A DNA stretch of 62,180 nucleotides, counting the filler. It is 3 parts of 3 records of this genome, joined end to end, with 100 filler letters (N's around TTAATTAATTAA, not from the genome) between each part and the next. Parts side by side here need not be neighbours in the genome. Positions count along the whole stretch, not along the records: positions 28,920 to 55,707 come from DRR378314_1111; positions 55,808 to 62,180 come from DRR378314_1115; 1 more part is not named here. One strand, given 5' to 3'. Shown here in pieces: positions 52,445 to 62,144 of this stretch; positions within the stretch are counted from its first letter, which is position 1, and every line of letters begins with the position of its first letter. Below the pieces are notes generated by a model. The model worked only from the letters and a program-made list of their open reading frames with translations. It was not told the DNA's origin and ran no database searches. Both the position numbers and the translations under genes were made by a program.

Positions 52445-55400
52445 ATGGCCGATAGTGGAAGCTCCCGCCGCAAGCAGCGCGTGAAGCGGTACTGGCCTGG
52501 ACGCGTACCGCACTTTGTCGACGAATCCGCAGCGGCGGCGCCGGCCGCGCCAGCCCAGGGGCCAAGGTCCGCCTCCGCAAACGCGCCGCTGACTCGCCGT
52601 GGTAGCGGGCAGAAGACCAGAGAGATATTTTGCACGTTTGTGTTATAGGTTGTAGCACTCTTGATAGGGGTTCGTTTCGTTCTGCGCGCAGATGTTTTGG
52701 TTTATTTTCCCCCTGGGATGTGTATGTGCTCGCCCGTGCCGTTTGCGTCGCTGGTGCCGGGGAGCGACCGCAGCGCGCTCTGGCCATCGGATCCTCGTGA
52801 CATTGCAATCTTGTAGACGTCTACACGCGCGCTACACCGCGATTCGAGGCTCTTTCTCCTTATTGTCTATTTCATACGTACGAGTTGCACTGATATTTTC
52901 GTACAGATGATCTAGGGATATCATTTCGTTCATTTTGGTGGTTCCTTGCTGCTCTGGTGTTTGGTGTTGGTAGCTGTGGCGTCGCTCTGGCGCTCTCGCG
53001 CTCGCGGGCACGCGTGTTGCCGCGTCGCAGGCGCTGCTTTGTTCCGCTCTCACGGGCTCAGAACCGCGACCTCGCTCGCTCCGGGACAAAGGTACATCTG
53101 CTGTTGCGTTTATTGAGAAAAAAAATCCGGATTATACATGTGTACGCTGTACTGTGCATCTACTCGTCGGCTCATTTTTGAGGTTGGTGTTTGTGCCGTC
53201 TCTGTTCTTGTCGCCGCAGTGCTGCCGCGAAGGCGGAAGTTCCCGAGGTCGCGCACGTGGTCGAGAGCGCCGATGTGGCAGAGATCATAACTGCCGCCGA
53301 TCTCAGCTCCGACGAGGAGCCGTCACGACGAAGAGGTACCATAAGCATGCATGAGCGGAATACTTTCGCTGCTGGGGATGGATGGCATACCGCTCGTATG
53401 TGCCACGTTTCCGCGCGTGCTGTCTGCGAGCGTGCGGTCCCGCTGCGCTGCTGCGTATCCTCTCTCGTTCGCGGCAGCTGTCACGCGCACTACACTTCCT
53501 GATCGCGTTTCTTTATTCTCTCGTATACTATGATACTGCAGAGCGATCACAGCCACGCGATGAGAGTGAGGACGAGGAAGACATCGATGCCCGCCGTGCT
53601 CGCGCTCGTGCGCGTGCGCAGCAAGCCAGTGGCAGCAGCGACGACGAGGAGGAGCCCGAAGCAGACAAGGACGACGCAGAGGTGCGCAGCGATCGCTCTA
53701 CACCCTACATGCTTGCGAACGGTAGCAATACGAAACCAGTTGGTTCCCGTCTCGCTCACGACGCGATATGCGTGTGGGGAGGGCCGTGCATTTCCACGTT
53801 TCACAGCTACAGTATCGCTTGTCGCAGCACTTCCTCTACCTCGACTGTGTGTGTCCGCGATTCCCGAGATACTCGTTGCAATGCTCGAGTTCTGCATTTC
53901 TCGGTGCTACGGACAGCGTGCAGAGTGTTGGTTGGAAACGAATGCGTTCGAGAGCGACCATCCGGTTCCTTTGCGCTTATTCTGTCTTTCCATGTGCCTA
54001 TCTGGGTAATATTTTCGTAGGAGGGAATTGGGAGCAGTGGCGAAAGCTCTGAATGGGAAACCGATACTTCCGACGAAGAGGACAATCGCGCTCCAATGTA
54101 CAAACCGGTATTTGTGAAAAGGAACCAACGCGCCACGTTGAAAGTACGTCAATTAACATGGGATCTGTCGCGGCCTTTCGGTTTCTCTGCTGCGCGATCA
54201 GTGAGAAGAGACGGTAGAGAACAAGACAGAATCGCGCACACATGTTCACCCTAACCCTTTTTCGTATTGGTTCGGCTGTTCGGATGTTTGCTTTCGTGTT
54301 CTTCTCTGTGTGTACAGGAGCGCGAGCAACGAGAGAAGGAAAAGATTCTCGCGGAAGAAAAGCGGCTGGAACGCAGGAAGGAACGCAGAGCAGAGGTATG
54401 AACTGTCGTGTTCTCAATTCGTCGCCATCGAGCTGGAAGAGCGTTAACCCCTTCGAAAGGAGCCTCTTTCTTCGCCCGACGTGTCTTCTTCTGGCCTTCT
54501 TAACTGCCATTGCGTTGATAATCCTCACATTAGCTTCATCACAACTGGAGCGTCCTCGAAGCAGATACAATGCGCATGACGTGTCTGATCCGTTTCCTCT
54601 GTACACTCTTCGTTGCCGCTTGACCATCTTGGCATCGCGCTGTTTTCATCGCATCGCAACCAGAATGCGCGATTGGCTCCATATTGTTGGGGCTTGTGTT
54701 TGGTTTCTCTATATTCCCTCCGCTCCCAACGTTCTCTCCTGCTTTCCTTTTCGCTCTCTTGATAGTCAGAGGTTTCTTGCCCGTATGAGTCGTACTCCTT
54801 CCACGAGTTCACTTCGGAGTAGATATCGTTTTACTCTCCGCAACTTTGCTCTGGCTACTGCAGAGTTTTCTCGGTGGAAAAAGTAGTTAACTCTCCTGCT
54901 TTCCTTGCGCGTGTATCTTTGTTGTCTGGTATTTTCCTTAGACTCGGCAAATGGTGGAGGAAGATGTGCGGCGCGAGGAAGAACTAGAGCGCGGTGAAGG
55001 AATTCTCGATACTGACGCTCCGGTAGATCGAGGAGATGATCGAGGTACGAATACGCGACACGAAGCTAAATACTGATGTTACTCGCACAGCGAAAGGAAC
55101 AAAGCGAATATGCGAACCGATGGACGTTGGGGAGAGATGTGGGATTGGAGAGACAGAGTTCGCGGTTTCTTCGTCCTTGTGCTCTCGCATCGTGCTCGTT
55201 GCGGAACTCGATAGTACCGACGTAGATTTCACCTCTGTGAAACGAGAGGAAGAGCTACTCCTCGACAAAAAGGGGAGAAAGAGAGGGACCAACGTTTGTT
55301 TTTGCTCCCTGTTGTTTTCTCCACTGTTTTGTTTCTGTTTCTTTGCTGTGAACGAATATCTCTTCCGAGTTCTCAACTGTGTAACATGTGGTTTGTTTGT

Positions 55401-55586
55401 TTGTTTGTTTCCTTCTCTTTCTGCGCTTCTTGTTCTCCTTTGCAGATGGCTTGAATGAGGAAGAAGAGTTTAATGCGTGGAAGCAGCGAGAGATTGCGCG
55501 TATTCGCCGCGATATGCAAGAGAGAATGAAGTTTGATGAGGAGAAACGCGACATTGAACGGAGGAGAAACATGACTGATGAAGAAG
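52445..55586 (+). CDS. MFAP1: Microfibrillar-associated protein 1 (spliceosome B-complex protein), 3'-truncated
   Basis: VKRYWPGR, acidic exons, YKPVFVKRNQRATL, and EEEFNAWKQREIARIRRD...EKRDIERRRNMTDEE. Confidence 0.92.
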
Positions 55587-55678
55587 TGCGTTTCTCTCCC
55601 GTTTCGCTCTTTGGCGCAGCTCCTTCGAAATACGCACAAGAAATGCACTATTTTCGCCCATACGGAAGAAGTTTGTAG

Positions 55679-55707
55679 TTCTTGTTCTTGTTCTTGTTCT
55701 TGTTCTT
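55679..55707 (+). repeat. (TTCTTG)n hexamer microsatellite at the end of contig 2
   Basis: About five copies run directly into the N gap. Confidence 0.9.
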
Positions 55708-55807
55708 NNNNNNNNNNNNNNNNNNNNNNNNNNNNNNNNNNNNNNNNNNNNTTAATTAATTAANNNNNNNNNNNNNNNNNNNNNNNNNNNNNNNNNNNNN
55801 NNNNNNN
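55708..55807. other. Artificial contig linker; boundary between eukaryotic and bacterial sequence
   Basis: N44-TTAATTAATTAA-N44. Base composition and gene structure change abruptly across it. Confidence 0.98.
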
Positions 55808-56311
55808 CCCACCAACGACCTGGACGTGGAAACCCTGGAGCTGCTGGAAGAGCAGTTGGTCAACTACCAGGGCACCCTGCTGCTGGTCAGCCATGACCGG
55901 GAATTCATCGACAATGTGGTGACCTCCACCCTGGTGTTCGAGGGCGGCGACCCCAACGCCTATGTGGGCGGCTACCAGGACTGGCTGCGCCAGCGCCCGG
56001 AACCGAACCGGGGCGACGACGTCAAAACCGGCAAGCTCGCCGCGCCGTCCAGCAAACCGAAACCGAAAGCCAAGGACAGCGGCGGCCGCAAGCTCTCCTA
56101 CAAGGAAGAGCTGGAACTGCAGGCGCTGCCCGAGCAGATTGAAACCCTGGAGGCGACGCTGGGCGAGGTTCAGACCGAACTCTCCGACCCGGACTTTTAC
56201 AAGCGCCCCCAGGACGAGATCGCCGACGCCCAGCGTCGGCTGCAGGAACTGGAGCAACGCCTGAACGAGCACTATGCGCGCTGGGAGGAACTCGCCCAGC
56301 GAGAGTCATGA
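55808..56311 (+). CDS. uup: ABC-F ATPase Uup, C-terminal fragment (bacterial)
   Basis: PTNDLDVETLELLEE...LLLVSHDREFIDNVVT followed by the C-terminal coiled coil RKLSYKEELEL.ALPEQIETLE...YARWEEL. Confidence 0.9.
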   Translation, partial: PTNDLDVETLELLEEQLVNYQGTLLLVSHDREFIDNVVTSTLVFEGGDPNAYVGGYQDWLRQRPEPNRGDDVKTGKLAAPSSKPKPKAKDSGGRKLSYKEELELQALPEQIETLEATLGEVQTELSDPDFYKRPQDEIADAQRRLQELEQRLNEHYARWEELAQRES

Positions 56312-56334
56312 AACGGTCCTAAAAGGAAGCTTCC

Positions 56335-57615
56335 GTGTCGCGTATTATTCCGCTGATTACTCTGATCCTGCTGGCCCTGGCCGGCACCGTGACCGCCAAC
56401 GAACGCGAAGACGACGTGGCCGCCGAGGCGCCCGCCGCCGACAGTGACCACGCCCCGGAACAGGACGAGGCATCATCCTCCGAAGCCGAGGAAGAGGACG
56501 GCGCCGACACCGTCAAACCGCTGGAACTGCTCGGCAAGACGGTGCAACCGGGCACCTTCGAAACCCTGCACTGGGCCCCGGACCAGTCGTTCCGCTCGAT
56601 CGCCACGCCGGTGCCGGTGCTGGTGGCCCACGGCAACGAGCCGGGCCCGCGCCTGTGCCTCACCGCCGCCGTGCACGGCGACGAACTCAACGGCATCGAG
56701 ATGGTGCGGCGCCTGATGTACGAACTGGAACCCACCGAGCTGGCCGGCACCGTGGTGGGCGTGCCGATCGTCAACCTGGACGGCTTCCGCAACGGCTCGC
56801 GTTATCTCAGCGACCGCCGCGACCTGAACCGCTACTTCCCCGGCCACGAAAAAGGCAGCGCCGCCAGCCGGCTGGCGTTCTCCCTGTTCAACAACATCGT
56901 GCGCCAATGCGATTACCTGGTGGACCTGCACACCGGTTCCCAGAAGCGCATCAACCAGCCGCAGCTGCGCGCCGACCTGGACAAGTCCGAGGTGGTGGCG
57001 TTCGCCAAGCACTTCGGCGGCATGACCGTGCTGCACAGCCCGCCGGGCGACGGCATGCTGCGCGCCGCCGCCGTGGAAGAAGGCATTGTCGCGGTGACCA
57101 TGGAAGCCGGCGGCCCCAACCGTCTCGAAGACGAAGCGGTGGACTACGGGGTCCAGGCCCTGGAGACGCTGCTGGAAAACCTGGACATGCGCAAAGCCAG
57201 CCGCTTCTGGGGCGCGCCGCAACCGGTGTTCTTCGAATCGGAATGGATCCGCGCCGGCCAGGGCGGCATTCTGCTGTCCGAGGTGGAGCTCAACGATCAG
57301 GTGCGCAAGGGCGAGATCCTGGGCACCGTCACCGACCCCATCAGCAACACCGGCAGCGCCATCATCGCGCCCTACGACGGCCGCGTGCTGGGCATGGCGG
57401 TGAACCAGGTGGTGCACGCCGGCTTCGCCGCCTACCGGATCGGCGAGGAGAAGAGCGCCGAGGAAGTGGAAGCCAAGGCGGAGCTGTCGGACCAGACGCT
57501 CGAGGACAACGGCGTCAAGCCGGAAGAGCCGGCGGCGCCGAAGGAAGAAGAGGAAGCGTCCGACGCCCCCCGGGAAGAAGAGGACCCCGCACCGCCGGCC
57601 GACGATACCGAGTAA
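56335..57615 (+). CDS. Secreted succinylglutamate desuccinylase/aspartoacylase family (M14-like Zn deacylase)
   Basis: Signal-peptide-like N-terminus, AVHGDELNG, DLNRYFPG, VDLHTG, TMEAGG, and acidic terminal extensions. Confidence 0.88.
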   Translation: MSRIIPLITLILLALAGTVTANEREDDVAAEAPAADSDHAPEQDEASSSEAEEEDGADTVKPLELLGKTVQPGTFETLHWAPDQSFRSIATPVPVLVAHGNEPGPRLCLTAAVHGDELNGIEMVRRLMYELEPTELAGTVVGVPIVNLDGFRNGSRYLSDRRDLNRYFPGHEKGSAASRLAFSLFNNIVRQCDYLVDLHTGSQKRINQPQLRADLDKSEVVAFAKHFGGMTVLHSPPGDGMLRAAAVEEGIVAVTMEAGGPNRLEDEAVDYGVQALETLLENLDMRKASRFWGAPQPVFFESEWIRAGQGGILLSEVELNDQVRKGEILGTVTDPISNTGSAIIAPYDGRVLGMAVNQVVHAGFAAYRIGEEKSAEEVEAKAELSDQTLEDNGVKPEEPAAPKEEEEASDAPREEEDPAPPADDTE

Positions 57616-57632
57616 CAGCCGAGCCAGGGCCT

Positions 57633-57653
57633 TGTGGGAGCGGGCCCGCTCCC
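57633..57653. repeat. REP-like palindrome, possibly a bidirectional terminator, between convergent genes
   Basis: TGT-GGGAGCGGG|CCCGCTCCC is a perfect inverted repeat. A related copy lies at 62158-62180. Confidence 0.7.
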
Positions 57654-57658
57654 GGAGA

Positions 57659-58339
57659 TCAGCGGTTGCCGAGGCGGCCGCAGACCTGCTCGAAGCCGGC
57701 CACCACGAAGGGGATCATGCGGTCGTAGGCGGTCTGGAAGTCGTCGGACCGGCACAGGCCGCCGGACATGGCGTTGATGCGGCCGGTGTTGGCGAAGGTC
57801 AGCGTCATCGCCCCGGACATAAAGTGGTAGCACCAGTAGAGGTCGGCCCGCTCGGTATTGGGCAGGGCGGCGGACAGCGCTTCCACGAAGGTTTCCATGG
57901 GGGCGTCGAAGTGGCGGCTCATCAGCACCGGGCCCCACACCGGGGAGGTGTTCACGTAGGCCAGCAGGGCGCAGTAGTTACGCCAGCCCTGGTCCTCGCT
58001 CTCCTGGGCCATTTCCAGCGGACGCAGATAGGCTTCGATGATTTTCTCGAGAGGCACCGGGTCGCTTTCCGCGCGGGCGGCGTTGAGCGCTTTCAGCCGG
58101 TCGTCGTTGAGGATGCGCGCGCGGCGCTGGAACACGGTGTCGAACAGTTGCTGCTTGGGGCCGAAGTAGTAATTGATCAGCGCCAGATCGACGCCGGCCT
58201 CGCGGGCGACGGTGCGCAGGGTAACGCCGTCATAGCCGTGACGGGCGAACAACCGCTCCGAGACATCCAGAATGGCGGCGCCACGATCGCCGCTTTCACC
58301 GTTACGGCCACGGGGCCGTCCCACCGGTTTCTTCGCCAT
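57659..58339 (-). CDS. TetR/AcrR family transcriptional regulator
   Basis: GRPRG...AILDVSERLFARHGYDGVTLRTVAREAGVDLALINYYFGPKQQLF helix-turn-helix. SD-like GGGGAGGA upstream of the ATG. Confidence 0.95.
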   Translation of the reverse strand: MAKKPVGRPRGRNGESGDRGAAILDVSERLFARHGYDGVTLRTVAREAGVDLALINYYFGPKQQLFDTVFQRRARILNDDRLKALNAARAESDPVPLEKIIEAYLRPLEMAQESEDQGWRNYCALLAYVNTSPVWGPVLMSRHFDAPMETFVEALSAALPNTERADLYWCYHFMSGAMTLTFANTGRINAMSGGLCRSDDFQTAYDRMIPFVVAGFEQVCGRLGNR

Positions 58340-58406
58340 CCGTTCCTCCCCTGGGCGATACGCGCCCGGGGCCGGGCGCGCATCGGATGGTACGCAAGGG
58401 GAGGAA
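58336..58406 (-). promoter_or_regulatory. Structured phaZ-tetR intergenic RNA with anti-SD and anti-AUG pairings
   Basis: Inverted repeats 58343-58352/58397-58406 (10 bp) and 58336-58342/58384-58390 (7 bp), plus a GC hairpin at 58356-58385. Confidence 0.55.
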
Positions 58407-58424
58407 ATTCAACAAGATGGACAA

Positions 58425-60344
58425 TCAGGGGCAGGCGCCCACCTGCCACACGGTGCCGCCGTCGGTGCTGTGCAGCTCGGTGGTGCCCCAGGTGGAGCCG
58501 GCCATCGGCTGGTCACTGCCCTGGGCGAAGTAATCCGGGGTGTAATAGTTCCCGGTGCTGTACGCCCGCCCGGCGGTCTTGTGGTAGTAGTTGTAGGTGG
58601 TTTCCGCCTGGCAGCCGTCGTCCGGATCGGTGGGCGGATCACCGCCGTCGTCGCCGCCGTCATCACCACCACTGCCGGAACAGGCCTGCAGCGGCCCCAC
58701 GCAGCTGGCGTCACCGTCCTGCCACTGGCACTGGCCGCCGGTTTCGATTTCGTTCAGCTTGAAGGCCTCGGTGCTGTATTCCAGGTAGCAGTTGGCGTAG
58801 TTGGTGTAGTCCAGACGGCCGGCACTGATGTGCTGGTCCAGGGTGGCCACCTGGCCCGCGTCGATCACGAAATCGATCTGGTCGCTGGCGCTCAGGCCGC
58901 CCTGGTCCTCGGCCACCACTGTGGCGCTGTTGGCGCCGCCGGACAGGCCGCAGGCGCGGGCGGTGTAGCGCACGCCGTCGAGATCGGCGGCGGTGGCGCC
59001 GGTGGAAAAGGTCACCGTGACACTGGCCAGATCCTGGTTGGCGTCCACCACTTCACCGCTGACGGTGGCGCACTGCCCGTCCAGGCTGACGCCGATATCA
59101 CTGAGCACCGGCGCGCTCGGCGGCGGCTCCGGACCTACTCGCACGGTGTCCACGGTCGGCTCGCTCTCGCCGTCATCGTTGTCCACCGCGACCACCGCCA
59201 CGGCATAGAGCCCGTCGGCCAGGGACGCGCTGGTGCCCTGGAAAAAGCCGCTGCCGTCGACCACCGCGGTGAGGTTGTCGCCGCCGCCGTCGAGGCCGTC
59301 GATCACGATATCAACGCGGCTCACGGTGCCGTCCTCGTCGTCGGCGTAACCGCTGACCTGAATGCGGTCGCCGTCCGGCGCGGCACTGACCTGGGACAGC
59401 GAGGGCGCCAGGTTGCGGTCGACCCGGGCGTTGTTATTGCTGAAGAACTCACCCAGGTAGCGCGCGTAGTTGATGCTGGCGCTACCGATATAACTGCCGG
59501 AGGCGCCCTGCCCGCCGGACCAGGAATGATCCAGACCGTTGAGCCACAGCATCGACACCCGGCCGTCCTGCCACAGGTACTCTTCCGCGCTGCCGCCGTC
59601 CTGGTTCAGGGTGGTGCTGCCGTCCAGCTCGCTGACCCCGTACAGGCCCGCCATGCCTTCGGCGTTCTGCCGGTTGTAGCAGGTGTTCACGGTGGTGTCG
59701 GCGTCGCCGTGGGCAATGGACGCGACCTGGGTACCGAAGGCGCTCTGGTAGGCGCCGCCCAGATTGCGGCAACGGCTCTCCACGTCGGCCTGTTCGCAGG
59801 GGCCGATGGCGCCGCTGGAGCTGGTACCGACGCTGGGCCCGGCGCTCACGCCGACCCCGGCGAACACGTCCGGCGCCAGACAGGCGGTGGTGTTGGCGAA
59901 GCTGGCCCCGGACGACAGCCCGGCGATGTACACCTGGTTGGGATCAATGCCCCGGCCGCTGTCCGAAGAGAGCTCGTTGGCCAGATCAATCAGATTCTTA
60001 TAGTCGCCGGCGCTGCGCGACTTGGTGCCCTGCCAGTAGGACCAGCAACTGAAGCCGGCCTTGTTCATGGCGTCCGGCACCGCCACCACCATGCCGAATT
60101 CCTCGGCGGCGGTTTCCAGATTGGCGGTTTTATAGGCGTTGATGGATTGGGTGCAGCCGTGCAATACGATCAGCAGCGCCTTGCCGGTACCCACCGGAGA
60201 ATCGCTGTCCGGCGTATAGAGATGGACGTTATTGAAACCGCCCAGTGATTGGTTGTCCTGCCAGGAACCGGCCTGGGCCGGGCCCGCGCACAGGGCGGCG
60301 GTGAGCAGCGCGCCCGCCAGGGCGGCCAGTGTTGTTATACGCAT
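58425..60344 (-). CDS. phaZ: Extracellular short-chain-length PHA (PHB) depolymerase, type 1 catalytic domain, Ig-like linkers, two C-terminal substrate-binding-like domains
   Basis: Signal peptide (AQA cleavage), oxyanion motif LHGCTQS before the lipase box GLSSG, CWSYW, HGDADTTV, GLDHSWSGG, and C-terminal modules QHISAGR and NYYHKTAGRAY...WQVGACP. Confidence 0.92.
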   Translation of the reverse strand: MRITTLAALAGALLTAALCAGPAQAGSWQDNQSLGGFNNVHLYTPDSDSPVGTGKALLIVLHGCTQSINAYKTANLETAAEEFGMVVAVPDAMNKAGFSCWSYWQGTKSRSAGDYKNLIDLANELSSDSGRGIDPNQVYIAGLSSGASFANTTACLAPDVFAGVGVSAGPSVGTSSSGAIGPCEQADVESRCRNLGGAYQSAFGTQVASIAHGDADTTVNTCYNRQNAEGMAGLYGVSELDGSTTLNQDGGSAEEYLWQDGRVSMLWLNGLDHSWSGGQGASGSYIGSASINYARYLGEFFSNNNARVDRNLAPSLSQVSAAPDGDRIQVSGYADDEDGTVSRVDIVIDGLDGGGDNLTAVVDGSGFFQGTSASLADGLYAVAVVAVDNDDGESEPTVDTVRVGPEPPPSAPVLSDIGVSLDGQCATVSGEVVDANQDLASVTVTFSTGATAADLDGVRYTARACGLSGGANSATVVAEDQGGLSASDQIDFVIDAGQVATLDQHISAGRLDYTNYANCYLEYSTEAFKLNEIETGGQCQWQDGDASCVGPLQACSGSGGDDGGDDGGDPPTDPDDGCQAETTYNYYHKTAGRAYSTGNYYTPDYFAQGSDQPMAGSTWGTTELHSTDGGTVWQVGACP

Positions 60345-60374
60345 TATTGTTCTCCCGTTTTTGCTTTTATTCTG

Positions 60375-60396
60375 TTATTCATCATTTGATGAATAA
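60375..60396. promoter_or_regulatory. Perfect 10-2-10 palindrome, probable operator upstream of phaZ
   Basis: TTATTCATCA-TT-TGATGAATAA in the AT-rich divergent phaZ/BCCT intergenic region. Confidence 0.7.
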
Positions 60397-60515
60397 AAAC
60401 TATACAACCGTTGAATATTTCCCGTCCACCCTTGTGCCGGTGGCGAAATGTATAATTTTCGAACCGCCGGGCCGCCCGGGGTGGCGGTGGCTTGGGCGCC
60501 TGCTAGGCTACGCGG

Positions 60516-62132
60516 ATGCTTATACGACACCGCGTTTATCTCATCTCCGCCGGCCTGGTCGCCGTGCTGGTGGCCATCGGCGCCACCGCCCCCAACCGCT
60601 TCCGGGACGTGGCCGAGGCCACCCTCAATACTCTCGGGCACTACTTCGGTTGGTTTTATCTGATCAGCACCTTCGTGTTCGTGATCTTCCTGCTGGCGCT
60701 GGCGATGAGTCGCTACGGGAAAATCCGGCTCGGCCCCCAGGACTGCAAGCCGGACTACGGGGTGTTTTCCTGGTTGAGCATGCTGTTGTCCGCCGGCTTC
60801 GGTGTCGGCCTGGTGTTCTACGGCATGGCGGAACCGATCCAGCACCTGATGGAGCCACCCCACGGCCAGGCCGAACCCGGCTCCACCGCCGCCGCCAGCC
60901 TGGCCATGCAGTACAGCTTTTTCCATTGGGGGGTCAGTCAGTGGGCGGCGTTTTCCCTGGTCGGCCTGATCATCGCCTTCTTCCAGTTCCGCAAGGACCG
61001 CCCCGGGCTGGTGTCCACCATGGTGGAACCGGTCACCAAGAACCTGCCCAAGCGGCAACTGATTTCCGATTCCCTGGACGTGCTGGCGGTGCTCGCCACG
61101 GTGATGGGCGTGGCCACCTCGCTGGGGCTGGGCGTGCTGCAGATGAACGGCGGGCTGGAAACCGTATTCGGCTGGCCGGACAACCTGTGGAGCAAGGTGG
61201 CCATCCTCGGCGCCATGTTCCTGTGCTACATGGCCTCGTCCTACAGCGGTCTGGACAAGGGCATCCGCCTGCTCAGTAACCTGAACATGGGCCTGTGCCT
61301 GGGCTTCATGGGCTACATGCTGTTCACCGGGCCGACGGTGCTGATCCTGGATAACTTCGTGAACGGCCTGGGCAACTACCTGGGCAACTTCATCAACATG
61401 GCGCTGAACATCCCGCCGTTCGAAAAATCCGACTGGATGAACCGCTTCACCCTGTTCTACTGGGCCTGGGTGATCGCCTGGTCACCGTTCGTGGGCACCT
61501 TCGTGGCGCGCATCTCCCGCGGCCGCACCATCACCGAATACGTGCTCGGCGTGCTGCTGGTGCCGCCGCTGCTGGCCTGCGCCTGGATCGCCGTGTTCGG
61601 CACCACCGCCCTGGACCTGCAGCTCAACGGCGGCGTCGACCTGGCCGGCGCGGTGTCCGATAACGTCGCCAACGGCCTGTTCATGATGTACGAGGTGCTG
61701 CCGCACAGCACCTTCCTGTCGGCGATCACCATGGTGATTCTGTTCGTGTTCCTGGTCACCTCGGCGGACTCCGCCTCCTACATCGTGTCGCAGATGACCG
61801 ACCACGGTTCGCTCAATCCGCCGCTCTACAAACGCCTGACGTGGGGCGTGCTGATCTCCGCGATCTGCATCACCCTGATCGTGGCCAGCGGCCTGCGCGG
61901 GCTGCAGTCCGCCAGCCTGGTGGCGGCGCTGCCGTTCGCGGTGGTGCTGTTTCTGATGATGGGGGTGCTGATGTGGGAGCTGCGCGCCGACCGGCGCGCC
62001 ATGCTGATCGAGCTGTTCCATCGCAACGACGACACGCCGGTGGGCGCCGATCTGTTCGAGGCCGACGACTTCTCGGACCTGACCACCGAGCAACGCATCC
62101 GCCGCCGCATGCCGATCCAGCGCCGCCGCTGA
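60516..62132 (+). CDS. BCCT family (betaine/carnitine/choline) transporter
   Basis: SWLSMLLSAGFGVGLVFYGMAEP, FFHWG, GVATSLGLG, TLFYWAWVIAWSPFVGTFVARISRGRTI, FLVTSADS; about 12 TM helices. Confidence 0.95.
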   Translation: MLIRHRVYLISAGLVAVLVAIGATAPNRFRDVAEATLNTLGHYFGWFYLISTFVFVIFLLALAMSRYGKIRLGPQDCKPDYGVFSWLSMLLSAGFGVGLVFYGMAEPIQHLMEPPHGQAEPGSTAAASLAMQYSFFHWGVSQWAAFSLVGLIIAFFQFRKDRPGLVSTMVEPVTKNLPKRQLISDSLDVLAVLATVMGVATSLGLGVLQMNGGLETVFGWPDNLWSKVAILGAMFLCYMASSYSGLDKGIRLLSNLNMGLCLGFMGYMLFTGPTVLILDNFVNGLGNYLGNFINMALNIPPFEKSDWMNRFTLFYWAWVIAWSPFVGTFVARISRGRTITEYVLGVLLVPPLLACAWIAVFGTTALDLQLNGGVDLAGAVSDNVANGLFMMYEVLPHSTFLSAITMVILFVFLVTSADSASYIVSQMTDHGSLNPPLYKRLTWGVLISAICITLIVASGLRGLQSASLVAALPFAVVLFLMMGVLMWELRADRRAMLIELFHRNDDTPVGADLFEADDFSDLTTEQRIRRRMPIQRRR

Positions 62133-62144
62133 CGCGGTGGCGGC

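Noticed and set aside
1-55707. Alternative genetic code (stop-codon reassignment) in the eukaryote
   Set aside because: Long standard-code ORFs exist and genes end at expected positions with TAA (sideroflexin YNKGL*), TGA (HMT) and TAG (oxidoreductase).
56473-60248. Long overlapping ORFs (56473-57417, 56655-57728, 57632-58762, 58272-60248)
   Set aside because: Shadow frames typical of high-GC bacterial genes.
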